Shown here piece by piece: positions 26,954 to 39,639 of a stretch of DNA of 64,000 nt (its first letter is position 1; the number at the start of each line of letters is the position of its first letter). Under the pieces are notes generated by a model. That model saw nothing but the letters and a program-made list of their open reading frames with translations. It made no database searches and was not told the DNA's origin. The stretch comes from Lama guanicoe (taxonomy: Eukaryota). The stretch spans positions 10,701,010-10,765,009 of the forward strand of contig MU055600.1 of the NCBI GenBank assembly GCA_013239625.1. Direction: 5' to 3'. Position numbers and translations under genes: made by a program.

Positions 26954-27678
26954 CAATCCATACTCATTATTCATGGATTTTGTATTTCTGAATTAACCTA
27001 TTCTCTAAACTGTATTTGTAACCCCCAAAGCAATAGGCAGTTAAAATATATTTGGTAACCCTAAATAGCAATAGAGATTTTCACAGTCATTCTTGAACAT
27101 GGGCAGAGCCAGGAAAAATTTGAGTGGCGGGGTGCTGGCGTTTCCAGCTGAGGTCCGACAAGCCAGAGTTCTGCTCTCATGTTCCAGCTCTCGGACCACA
27201 AGCAAGTGTCTTTTTGGAGGTTTACCCAGGGCCATTTTTTTCCCTCACATTTTTGTGCTTTCTGTAGGAGATTTCACCCTTTTAAATGCTCCCTTCCCCC
27301 CAACCTCCCCCCATCCCGCCAAGCACAGTGACAAATGAAGCGCGGTCTGGTGTTCCTTAGTAGAAGCTGGCTCCGATGGGCCTTAAGGAGAAAACACGGC
27401 CGTTAGATTAGTTCAGGCATGAGTCATAGTGCTGTTGACCCTGAGTGCAACGTTAATGAACTAACAATATATATTTAAGAAGATGTCTTTAAGTAGAAAC
27501 ATCCCCCAAACAAGGTTATATAGTTACCTATTGATCGACTGAGAAAAATGCGGTGACCTGAGGCTGGCAGGAACCTAACCCGACGCTGCCACCCAAATGC
27601 GCTGGTTCAGCATTCGCTACTTTCCCTGATCTCGCGCGACTTTACAGAGCGTGACTGCTGAATGATGAGAATCACCTG
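26954..27678. mobile_element. TcMar-Tigger-type MITE (MER82-like)
   Basis: Starts ta|caatccatactcattattcatggattttgtattt and ends gaatgatgagaatcacctg, a degenerate terminal inverted repeat. Internal text matches the Tigger-derived consensus from memory. Confidence 0.55.
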
Positions 27679-28503
27679 TTCGTTTATCTGGACGGATGCC
27701 TGTGATATTCAGTCCAATAAAAACTGAAGGTTGCCGAGTACTGAGTATAGGACAATCTCATATTGTAAAAAAGTAAAATAAACAAAGCCAAGTTTAAAAA
27801 AGAAAAAAAAGTCCTCCACCTGTGTGTTTTAAGTTTGTTGGAACTTGGAGAAGAGAGTGGAGAGATTCAACCTGGCTTCCCTGGGTGGAGGTGAGAGAGG
27901 GGGAAGGTGATGAAGTCTTTTCTTTATACGCCTCTGCCTTGTTATGAGAGGCATGTGTCACTTTTGTAATTTTTTTAAAGTTTCATACAACAGAATAAAA
28001 AACAGTTAAGCCCTTTCTCCTCGTGGCACCACTTTGTGGGTGCAGATGGAATTACTGTGAGGATTAATGATCCTCACTCCTGCAGGCTCCTCTGTGACCC
28101 TAGCCCTCACCCCTAGGTACTCTTCAGAGTCCCTGAGGACATCTCACACGGGTTCTGGGACACACCACACAGTTTGTCAATCCACCCGGGCCTGTCTGTA
28201 TGCCAGCAGGCCCCCAGCACGCACCCTGAGCAGCTGGCTTCTCTGTTGGGAAGAAGAAGAGAGGTCATCCCCAAGACAAAGGGAACTTTGAAGGGTAGTC
28301 AGAGTGAGTGGTTAAAAGCTGGGTTATTAGCACTGTGTGACCTTTGATGAGTTATTCAACCTCTCTTGGCCTCAGTTTCCTCATCTGTAAGATGGGGATA
28401 CCCGGGGTACCTATGCAACAAAATCAAAGCAAACTTTTTAGCAAATACCTGACCCCTTGTAAGGACCATGAAAGTTAGAATTTATAAACTTTCAGAAGGT
28501 ACC

Positions 28504-29415
28504 TGTGATATTGTGATTTATAAGAACTGTACATTTAGTCCTTATCCACGGTTCCTGGCTCACAGCTCCCAAAACTCTTGGGATTTCCTGAGTGATAAAA
28601 GCAATGGGAACATCTTTTGTTATATTTGGTCTTTTGTCCTCAGTTCCTGAAATCACTTCAGAGCCCTAAAAATGAAATGGGTGTCTTATTATTCATAAGC
28701 CCCTTTTCACCACTACTGGGTTTACGTTAACGAGGTGACTTTTGGAAATCCTCTAAAGATAGGGGGCTGGCTGCCAGAGGAACCAACTCTGAATAGAGGG
28801 GTAGAACTTTCAGTTTCATCCCTTGATTTCCAGGGAGGGGAGAGGGGCTGGAGTTTGAATCAGTCACCAATCATCAATGAATTAATCAATCATGCCTATG
28901 TCATGAAGCCACCATAAAAATCCAGAAGGAGAGGGCTCAGGGAGCTTCTGGGTTGGTGAATCAGGATCCTTCCATACACTACCATGGCGGGCCCCAAACT
29001 CCCCAAACTCCAAGGGGACAAAGGCTCTTTTATTCAGGACCTTACCCTGTGTATCTCTTCATCAGGTCATGGATTCTTTAATATCCTTTGTAATATGCCA
29101 GTAATCTAGTAAGTAAACTAATTTCCTGAGTTCTGTAATCTGCTCTGGCAAATTAATCAAACCCAAGGAGGGGGCCATGGGAATCTCTCATTTATAGCCA
29201 GTTGGTTAGAAGCCCAGGCAATAATCTGGACTTGCAATGGGCATCTGAAGTGGAGGGTGGTCTTGTGGGACTGAGCCCTTAACCTGTGGGATCTGATGCT
29301 ATCTCCGGGGAGATAATGGCAGAACTGAGCTGAACCATAGGATACCTAGCTGGTGTCCGACAATTGCTTGGTGGTGTGGGGAAACCTCCTACACACATTA
29401 GAATTGGTGATTAGA
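28504..29415 (+). mobile_element. MER21-like solo LTR
   Basis: Begins TGTGATATTGTGA..., contains ttcctggctcacagctcccaaaactcttgggatttcctgagtgata and aatcaatcatgcctatg, typical of MER21. Confidence 0.6.
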
Positions 29416-30538
29416 ACCCTAGTTGGTGGGCTTATGGAACTAGAATCATAGTTCCTAAAGGTCACATAAAAATAGCCTTCTGGCTGCAAGTCCTAACAGT
29501 CCATGAGGCCAGCCCAGACTGTTTGAACCCCAAGCTGGCCCTCACCCCCCCACCCCACCCCCACTGACAAACAAAAAGAAGAGAATTCAAACCTTCCATA
29601 GCTCATCACGCAGGGATAATTGCTGCTGACGTTCTGCCGAGTGCGCTTTATGAAGATGCTATATTTGTAATTTTCAGTATATGCAGGGCACCCACACCCT
29701 GTTTTTCACCTGACACTACGGAGTGATTATTTTTCTGTGGCCACACATAATCATTTACACAAGAATATCTGTGACTGCCTGGACACTCGGCTGTTTTCCA
29801 CCGAGTTCTTGCTTCACTTGGCCTTCCTCACTCCAGATTGTTTGTGTGGATCCGTGGGCTCTGCCAAGGTGATGACTCACTGGTTAGCAGGGCTGGGAGC
29901 CACCCCTGTGGCACAGAAGGGTGGCATCACTGCGTTTCGATTTAGCTGAGACACAAACACCCACAGTTGCCACCTGCACAGGCTGCTGGCAACGTGGCCC
30001 CAATTTATGCCACAAAATCTCTCCTGATCTAGAACTAGCCTGCCTCTAGAACAAAAAGACTTTGGACAGATGAAAATAGGCCTCTGGAGAGATGGGCCTT
30101 ATGACCCTCTCTAGCGTGGAGTGAGGCAATGCTCATGGCTGGCCCTGGCTGGCCACAGAGCAGGGACAGGACGGGAGAAATGCAAAAGCATCGCGTCTCC
30201 CTCCTCAACCAGGCCTAAATCGAGGCCGATGTCAGCCTGCAGCAGTCTGAGTTTCCAGGGAGAATGTGGGACTTGATGGTTGAAAGAAGCCGATGGCAGC
30301 TTTCTGAGCATGTGTGAGGTGGGGACTGGTGTGTGTGGATCAGGAAGTTACAGCAGGTCCCTCAGGGAGGGGCCACATCAGGCTTCAGAAAAGGATGGTG
30401 GTGGGGAATGGGGGGAGAAGGAGTAAGAAAGTCTAGTGACCTGGTCACCAGGTAAGATCTATGGACCTGGACCGCACACCTTAGGACATGGATGGGGATG
30501 GCCTTTGCTCTGTGATAATCCCCCTGGTCTCAAGCCCA

Positions 30539-30637
30539 TGGAGGGAGGGTATAGCTCAGTAGTGTGTGTGCTTAGTATGCACAAGGTCCTGGGTTCAATC
30601 CCCAGTACCTCCATTAAAGTAAATAAAACCCAATCAC
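30539..30637 (+). mobile_element. tRNA-derived SINE, camelid Vic-1-like, with 8-bp target-site duplication
   Basis: gggagggtatagctcagt (A box)...gtcctgggttcaatcccc (B box), A-rich tail. Flanked by CAAGCCCA at 30531-30538 and 30638-30645. Confidence 0.7.
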
Positions 30638-30713
30638 CAAGCCCACACTGGTCCCGGCAACCTGCAGTTCACCAGCCAAGGTGGAAAATGAAGGGCTTGG
30701 CATGAAGCTCTTC

Positions 30714-30976
30714 TGTTATGGGTTGAACCCCAATTTAATATGTTAAAGTCCTAACCCTGAGGACCTCAGAATTTGTCTGTATTTGGAGGCAGGGTCTTTA
30801 AAGGAGTAGTTAAGTGAAAATAAGGTCATTAGAGTGGGTTCTAATCCAATCTGACTGGTGCTCTTATAGGAAGAGGGGATTAGGACACCGCACAGAGGGA
30901 AGACATGTGAAGACACAGGGAGGAGAGATGGCCATCTACAAGCCAAGGAGAGAGACCTTGGGAGAAATCAACCCTG
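30714..30976 (+). mobile_element. MLT1-type MaLR LTR fragment
   Basis: tgttatgggttgaa...gggtctttaaag...taatccaatctgactggtg...gccatctacaagccaaggagag. Confidence 0.65.
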
Positions 30977-32911
30977 GTTTACTAAGTGCCGACTCCGTGC
31001 CTGGAACTGTGTGGTGTGTGGAAGATGCAACGTGAATGAAAGGACATGGTCCCTGCCAGGGAATGCACTGTTCTTAGAGTGCATGTTCAGATCGCCACGA
31101 CAGCACAAAGGCCTGGGCCACTTTGTTTTCTTTCCCTTCTTTACAGGGAATATGATTGTGATTATTGGCATTCTTTGGGGCCACTCGCTTCTGAAGACTG
31201 TTGGAGATTATGTGGGGCCCAAAGTCAGCCCTTGGCCTGCCACTCCTACTTGGTGATGGGACCTGCTGCCTTTTTACCCTCTTTGGCCTCAGCAAGCCTG
31301 TCTGGTGCCCTCCACTGTGCATTCGACCCCTTCTGGACAATCAGAGGTGGCAGCCAGGAGGCTCGCCCACTCTTTGAGACAACGCAGTTTCTGAATGTTT
31401 TTCTCTGATCTCCTTTTAACAGATATAAACATCTGCTTTACCCTGTCAGTTGCACACACCATTGAGAATCAAAATCTTCTCCATCAGCCCAACAGAAGAA
31501 GATTTAGTCCACCTTTACTTTCTCTAGTTGTATGGCCTAAACAATGCAGGAGTTCATTTTTCTAAAAAGGAAATTATTTCCCAATATTGGACATATTTTT
31601 TAAAATGACATTCCTCCTCACCTAAAAGTTCTGATACGTTTCTCTTCCCTCTGCAATATGCAATCCTGGGAGGAAGGACCAGGGCACATATGAATGGCAC
31701 CCCCTGGAGTAAAGCAGTACCCAATGTGCACAACTGTACATGGTGGCCCTGGCTCAGATAGCAATCTCTGCTTTACAAGCTGTCAAAGCTGGACTGTCAC
31801 AGTGTGGGGACTGCAGTCACCAAGACAGGCAGAGATGTCTTCAGGGAGGGAGAGAGAGTAACTACCAGGCTCCTTCTGAAGCCAGAGCAGGGACCTGAAA
31901 ACTCCTTGTTTCAGTCCTAAGGGAGGTATCCAGGTCTTGGCTGGCATCCCTTGGCCTTAAGTGAGAGGGTGACTTCAACAATCAAAAGGGACAGAGAGGC
32001 AGCCAAGTCATAAGGACTTGGCAGAGAGAAAATCGGGGCATGAAAGCAAGAAGATGGAGACCAGCAACCCACTAAAAGCTAAAATCAAGAGGGGCCTGCA
32101 CAGGCTGGATGAATAACACACAGGTTTTAACATGATTCCTGAAGCCCTAGGTGAGCTATGGCCTGAGGGCATCCTTGTCTGGTTCACCATCCTCTTGGCT
32201 CTGTTCACATACCTCCAACAGGGACCTCACTACCTCAGCAGGAAGCCCATTTCCTGTTTGGGTAGATCAAGTTACTGAAATCTCCGACTTGTGTAATCCT
32301 AGTCTCTCAGGCCATACTAAGAAGGAGAGTGGGGCCGTGGCTATAGTAAAAGCTGGTGGCTAACATGGATTGATCACCTACATTCAAGTATTATCCTCAG
32401 TGCTTTCTCACAATGATCCCTTTTAATCCTTCCAATAACCCCCACGAGGAAGGAACACCACAGCCCCATTTTACAGATATGAAAATTCAGGTGCAAAAAA
32501 GTTATCAGTTGCCAAAAGTCCCACAGCAAATAAGTGGTGGGTGGAGATGAGAGCAGAGATCTCGAGAACATGGGTCTCAGGCTCAGGGGCCCCATTGTGC
32601 TGTTGGGGAGCTCCAGCCCCCTCTTTGGCAGATGACAGAGAGGTCAATACACATCTCCCTGGTGATGCCAGGAAATGCTCTGGAGTTGGCCACCCTGCTC
32701 CACTGCCCCAGGGCTTCTGCCCAGCTATCAGCTGGGGCGTGGGGTGGCAGTCCTGCCCTCAGTGAACCTTTGAGATTGGTTCCTGCCGTTGACCTGCATG
32801 TCCATGGGGTGCTGGTCTGCCCTACCACCACCCAGGACCTGCACTGTCCAGGCCTGCATGCCTTCCTGTGGGGAACACCACCACAGTGCTATCAACCTAA
32901 AGCCTGAGGCA

Positions 32912-33374
32912 TGTATTGGAGTTCTCCAGAGAAATATAACCAATAGGATATATATATTGAGAGACATACATATGAGGGAGACGGGGGAGAAAGAGGAAGA
33001 GAAGGAGAGAGAGGAAGAGAGATAGATCTTTTTATATAGATATGGGGGCTGGCAAGTCTGAAATCCACAGAGAAGGGAGGCAGGCTGGAGATCCAGGGAA
33101 GAGCTGAAGTTGCAGTCTTAAGTCCAAGGTGGTCTGGAGGCAGAATTCCATCCCCTCCAGGGGCCCTCAGTTTCTTTCTCTTAAGGCCTTCAACTGATTG
33201 GATAAGGCCCACTCAAATCATGGAGGATAATTTGCTTTACCCATAGTCCACTGATTTAAATGTTAATCACATCTTTAAAAATATTTACCTTCACAGCAGC
33301 ATCTAGACTGGTGTTTGACCAAACAGCTAGGCGCCCTGGCCCTGCCAACCTGACACACAAAATTAACCATCGCA
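32912..33374 (-). mobile_element. MLT2-type ERVL solo LTR
   Basis: tgtattggagttctccagaga...cttcaactgattggataaggccc...acacaaaattaaccatcgca (reverse of the TGTGATGGTTAAT start). Confidence 0.65.
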
Positions 33375-36300
33375 GGGCAGTTCTGGCTTCTAGAGGATTC
33401 CCATGCTGTCCTGCCTTCTTTCTCCCCAGGCTTGACCTTCAGTGCACACACATCCCCTTGGTCTTCTCTTTCTAGGCCAACACTTAACCCCAGGCCTTGC
33501 TATTTACACAGCCTGGGGACCAAAGTCCCCAGGGGCCTGGTCACTCTGTCAATGCTCCTTTTAAGTTAAGGTGCCATCTTTGGTCAGCTTCCTCCAAAGC
33601 AGACCCCAAGGCCAGGATCTGCAGGCTAACAAAGTTCTCCAGGAGGATGGAGAAGGGAGTCAGGGAAGCAGGACAGGTAAGTCCAGCAAAGATGGGGTTT
33701 CCGATGTCCCAGCCTCAGCCGATTCCTGCAGAAGGCTCAGGGGTGTGAGTTGCACCTCACAGCTTGTCCTTGAGGGAGCTGGGCTTTCGTTCTGCTGCAC
33801 AAAACACCGTTGGCTACAAGCTGCTCTGGGGCTGGAGCTGGCAAGGAGGTGGGGCCTAAACTCCCAGGCACTTCAGCTCTTCATCATGTGGCTGAGGAAG
33901 GAGTCTGCAGGTGCTAGGGGCTGGAATATCAGCTCCTGTAAGAGGATGGGAGGGGATTGGGGTGGGGACTCAACAGCGTCTACTGCAGCGCCCATTACAG
34001 CGCCCACCTGAACACAGTGCCCCAGGGTGGTGTCACCACACAGCTCTGGAAGACTAGCAGGAGGCTGGAGCTCCTTGAAGGCAGGAGCTGTTTCTTTACC
34101 ATGGCACTGCCCGATCTGTGCCCTGTTTGCCAGCAACATTTGCAAAATTAACAAAGGAAGGAACAAAAGTGATATCAGTCAGGCATCTGCAGAGAAAACA
34201 GAAGCCATTCTGATATTTTAAGTGGAAAGAAATTTTAAAGAATTTAATATAGAGAATTAGGCAATTACAAAACTGTTGGAAGGGCTGGAGAAGCAGTTGG
34301 AAGCTGACTGGTAAGAATGACTCAGAATGCGGCAGAGCTGGGCTGCCAGAGGAGCTACACTTCCATCACTGTCTGGAAGGTAGGAAGTTAAGAGGTAGCC
34401 CATGGAACTGCTGTCTTCAAGGACACACTGCTGGAGTTGTGGAATCAAAAAGTCACCACCATCAACAATGAAAAAATGCCCATAGATCCTCAGGCAGCTG
34501 AGACTGCACATTGGAACATCTTGGTGGAAAAGTACCCCATCTCCACAGCACTGCTCAGAGGCAATCGGAAGATGGCCTCTGCCTCATTTCCATCTAGAAA
34601 ATTGCTTCTATCCAGAGTACAAGCTGCAAGGGAGTCGGGATAAAGTCATTTTGGCTTTCCAGCTTGTGCAGTAGCACCTGACATTTCATGACTTTTGTTA
34701 GTGCCCCTGCTACCAAATTGTTGGTTTATGAGAAGCTTGTGGTCCACAAGGAAGTCCCACTTTTTTTCCTCCAAAACTTGCCCTAGAGCACACTGTGTGA
34801 GGATGTTTATATGCAATAATTCAAAGACTTTTGTTGCCGTCTCTGGAAGAGAGATGCCAGGATTTGCCATGGGAATAATGAAAATAAGCATAAATATGCA
34901 CAGTATTTTGGCAGCTTCTTATCTCTAGAAGGGTGTAGTTTTTCAGTTCATTAGATATTGCCCATATCTTCTGTGTTAGGAGCTGAGAATGTGGAGATGA
35001 ATAAAACATGGTTCTTTCCCTCACTGGGCTCACAGTCATGTGGGGGAAATACACGAGTTGAGACTTACAACAGACTTTGATAAGTGCTGGCTGGTTGGTT
35101 TTATGGACATTTGGATTATTTAAACAGGACACAGGACAATGGAAAACTATTACTAAGAGGCAGTGTAACACAGCGGTAAAGAATTTGGACTCTGGGTTCT
35201 CATCCTGGTTTAGCCACTGACTACCTGTGACTTGGGGCAAATTACTTAACCTCCCCATACCTTGATTTCCCTATCTGTTGAATGACAGAAGAGCTGCTGG
35301 AGCAGAAGGACAGCAGTGATGATCAATCATTAAGTGCTTAGAACAGTGTTTGGTACAATATAACCACTCAGTTAACTGTTAGCAAATTCTCACTCTTGAA
35401 CAAATCTGAAAAACGCAAATCCTAAAACATTTTAAACGTTAATCAATCAGCGCATCATTCCAAGCTGGCTACAGAGTGGATTGCAGACTGTGCTTGTCCC
35501 AGTTGCCACACGGTGGCGCCCTGCAGCTGGCTCAGTTGAAACACTTCTATTACGCCAGCTGTGAATCTTGCCAGCGCCTCAGGAGGGTTGCTTCCGTGAG
35601 ATGTGCCCACTGCCAGGTGCTGCCTATGTAGGAGGGCGCACGAGGAAGGAGGGCCAGACTTGACAGGAGGGACTTGGGTCAGGGATCTGGCAGTGACAGA
35701 GAACAGAATTGTACTCCAAGCAGGCCAATGGAAAGGTGCTTACTTCAAGACTCTTCTGGCAGGGAGGGGCAGAAGCCCTCTGAGGAAGTCTCAGGTACTC
35801 TCTCTCTGGAGCCCCATGGCCTTTTCTCTGCTGGCCTCTCTCTCCATCTGCTCCATTCTCCTCTCAGCTTCTCTGCTCCCTCATCGGCTGGACTGACACA
35901 GCACAGACTCCACTGGGCCCACTGCAGACCTCAGCTCAGTTTCGCTTCAGTGCTCGGGAGAGACTCAGGTTGCACCAGGGATTAGCCCCAGCAGGCCAGT
36001 GGCCATGCTTGATATAATCAATGGGTCGTCAGTGGGAGGAGAGAGTGCAGGAGATGCAAACATGGCCACTCAGGCCTGTCTCATCTTTTATCTGAAGGAA
36101 GAGGTTGTAGAGGATATGTCTGGGTCACAAGGTTTTAGGGAGGAGGTGACATCTGCCTAGAACCTTAAAGATACTTAAGAGAGAAGAGTATTGCAGGCAG
36201 AGGAACTATAGGTGCACACAGAGGCAGGGAGTGAGTGGTGAGAGTCTGGGCCTTGGGGAAATGAAGACCCAGATGGCGGGAGTGTCAGGGGAGACATACA

Positions 36301-36836
36301 GATGGGGACACAGGTCAGGTCACAGGGGGAGCTTGTATGCCTCTGAGGAACCTGGGCTTTTATCCTGAAAGTAGTAGAAACTCACTTTACTGAGGTCCTA
36401 CAGGTATGAGAGGGGCTCTAACTGAAAGGGAAGCTCAGAGGTGCGGAGGGCAAAGCTGGGAAGGGACTGACACTGCCATGGGGACAAGTGGCACAGCTTG
36501 CCTGGATGTCCTGAGCCTGCCCGATCCACCTCAGTCTCCATGGGACTTACCCGAAGGAGGCAAGGATAGCAGAGGTCCCAGTCCCAGGTAGGGGAGGAAG
36601 TGAGATTTAGGCTTGCAGATTGGCTGCCTCACTGGTATCCCCACTACCTAACTGCCGGTTTTCTTACAGGTGCGGGTGCTCAGCATGCAGGTTGAGAGAC
36701 TGAGAGGAGCCAGGATTGGGAAAAGTTCTCTACCCAGTTCTCGTTAGGCTGCATCTCTGATCCCTCTACTCACCCTAAACCATAAGGCAGGCTTTTCCCG
36801 CCCTGGCCGCAGTGCGCCTGTACTACCAGAAGACTC

Positions 36837-36852
36837 CCGCCAGAGGGCGCTG
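36837..36852 (+). promoter_or_regulatory. CTCF core motif
   Basis: CCGCCAGAGGGCGCTG matches consensus CCASYAGRKGGCRS with one mismatch. Confidence 0.55.
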
Positions 36853-39639
36853 CTGGACAGCGAGAGGAGCCGCGCTCCGGAGGGTGGAGAGGTCAGGACT
36901 GTTAACAAGAGGACCCAGGATGCATGGAAAGATCAGAAGGATGAGGACTTGGTGTGGGAGTCTGGGATATCTTCAGTAACTTCTGCGTCCTTCCAGAGCC
37001 CTGACGATGTACGGCCAGGTCTTCGGGGTACGTGGGCTTTAGCCTTCCCAGCTTCGGGTCTGGAACCCTGTGGCAAGGGGGATGGCCCTGCAGCTTTGTG
37101 CGAGCTCCAGCAGAGACGCCAGGGGCGCTAGTCTGGCTTCCTCCGCTACCCATCTAGGCGTAGTTGGTTCCTCGAAGTCTCTGTACACTGTTTCCCCGCT
37201 GTCTAGACCCGGAGGTCCGAGTCATGGGGCCTCGGGGACAGGGACCATGCAGAGGAGGCCTCCCACCCTCCCTCCCATCTTGGCCTGCATGGCCCACCAC
37301 CCAGCGCTCTTCCTCTGCGCCTCGCGCCCTTATCCTCCCGGTTTCTCCGTGAGGGGCTCTGCCCTCCTACCCACGCCCTGCCTATGAGCTCATCCTCTCC
37401 CCTCGACTTCTGCTCCCAGGAAAGGGGTGCTGATCCTCGAACTGGACAGGGCAGGTCAGACCAAAGGTCTGACTGACGTCTAGGGCTGGATGTCGATATT
37501 TGCCCTGGACTCAGTAACCTCACAATTCCAAACTAGGAAGGCAGGAAGACAGCGAGAAGGGAACCTTCCGAAGCCGGGAAAAGATATTCTAACAGCACCC
37601 GACCTTTTCCTGGGCACTTGTTTGGAACCTCCATGTTTTTCTGTGGGTTCAAGCTGAACGCTCAGTTTCTCCTAGACTTTTTGGGGTTCAGTGAGTGAAC
37701 ACCCACATACACACACAGGACCTGAGGGATGCTCACTAGGGCGGTGGGCATGACACAGGCATTGGTGCCCGATCCCCAGGCTTGCACCCGGAGCAGGCTG
37801 AGCTCCCGGAGGGGCTCACATGCTCCCTGTCTCCTCAGGTCCTGAGGCAGGGGAGGTGAGGCCCCCGAGAGGCCAGCCCTGGCACCAGCCCTGGCATCCT
37901 AGAGGCCTGGAAGTCATGCCTAAAGCCAGAGCATCTCTTACCCTTCTCCCAGAGAACTGGGGGAAGAATCGTCATGCTGGGGAGACCAGGCCTTGAGGGC
38001 AACATGTGGCGCACTCTGGGTGCAGGACAGGGGTGGAGCACCCTACGGTGCTTCTTCCTTTAAAACTGGACCACCTTTTTCACACCCTCAACTCGGGAGA
38101 GGCTTGAACCAACTGGTCCCTGTAGGAGAGAGGAAGGGGAAATTCAGGCTGCAAGAGTGCAGCAGGGAGGGTGGAGGAGTGGAAGACGTATGCTTCCGGC
38201 TGTTCCCTCTACCCAAATTCCTGAAGCTGTGGCTACTGCCGCCTCAAAATCTGCCCAGCCGGCAAGCAACAGGATTTGGGCAGGCCCTCAGGTAAGGGTG
38301 TGCAGGCTGGGACAGAGTTGGCAAGAATTATACTAGGCCTGCACTCGTGAGCAGTCCCTCCAGACCGGGTGAGACCCAGAAAAGCCCCGTGTGGACCTGC
38401 AGCATCCTGTGACTCCACTGTGGCCTCCAAAAAGGGCAGCTGAGAGAGGGAGTGGAGAGGACGGGAGGAGGCCGTCGGCGCCCGGGTTTGGCGGGCGCCT
38501 CAATGGGCGGCAGGGGCCAGAGCAGCAGCCTAATGGATTCAGGCTTGCCGGGCAGAGGCGCACCCGCCCGCCGGCCCCAGCTCTCAATAGCGGACAATGG
38601 AGTCCCGGGGTGACCTGAACAAAGAATTTGGAAGTAGTTAAACTGCAGAACACGTTCTGGGCCTGGGTGCCTCCTTTCAAAAAGAGTGCAGGGAGAAGAA
38701 AAGAAAGCACTGGGGGGTGGAGGGGGTGAGAAAATGCCCAGGCGAAAAGTTGGTAGGTCGCCCTAGTCGCCGCCAGCTACCAGACGCCAGGAATTCAATA
38801 GGAAATGGGGGGAGGGGAGAGTGGCCCAGGTCTGCCTGACCGTGGGGAGAGGCTGAGAAAGCTCTCCTTGAGATGGCTAGGGTTCCCCAGCAGGGCCGAG
38901 CCTTTGCCCAGGGCAGGGACCCCTGCCCCAGGCTTCCACCCTGGGCCAGGTTCAGGAGCTGGGCTGCCCGAGGAAGCTAGGAGAAGCTTCTCTTGGGCTT
39001 TATGCTAGAATGGGGGCCCAAAGGTGGGGAGGAGGGAGGGAGTGTCTGGGCCCTGCCCTAGTTCTCCACTGAAAATTATAAATGCACTCTCTTTCTCTGG
39101 GTCCTTGTGTCTTAGTCCTCTGCCTCACTGGGTCTCTCTGAGGCTCCTCTAGCAGGATCTTTCTGGGCAGGTGTCCCTCTCTGATCCTTTCTTCAGAGCT
39201 TTTTTTGGTTTTTCTTTCTTTGCCCATTTTAAGAAGGCTGGGTGCCCTCCCTACCCAGCTCACCCCACCCCATACAACCAGCAATCGAGATTCTTCTAAT
39301 GAGAATACTTTTTTTCTTTTAATATCAAGCCTCTAAGTGTAGAAATTAAGGCCAATTATTTTTTAGCTCATTTTTTTAACTTTCTCATTTTCCCAGAATG
39401 AACTGTCACAAAATGGAAGAAAGGGAAGTTACTTAGGAAAGCAGTTACACTGATGTCAAACTAATTTAGAAGAGGAAAACTGGAGAGGTTATAGAGACCA
39501 AAAGAATAAATACAATGACAGGAAAAAATAGTTGGGAAATGCGTTGGGGGTGGTGCGGTGGGAAGACAAATCCTCTTTCCCTCTTCTAGCGCTTTCCTCA
39601 AGTTGTTTAGGAAAGAGAAAAGTAGGAAAGAAGAAGGGA

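Noticed and set aside
30541-30612. Possible tRNA gene
   Set aside because: Arms do not pair properly. The A-rich tail and target-site duplication mark it as a SINE.
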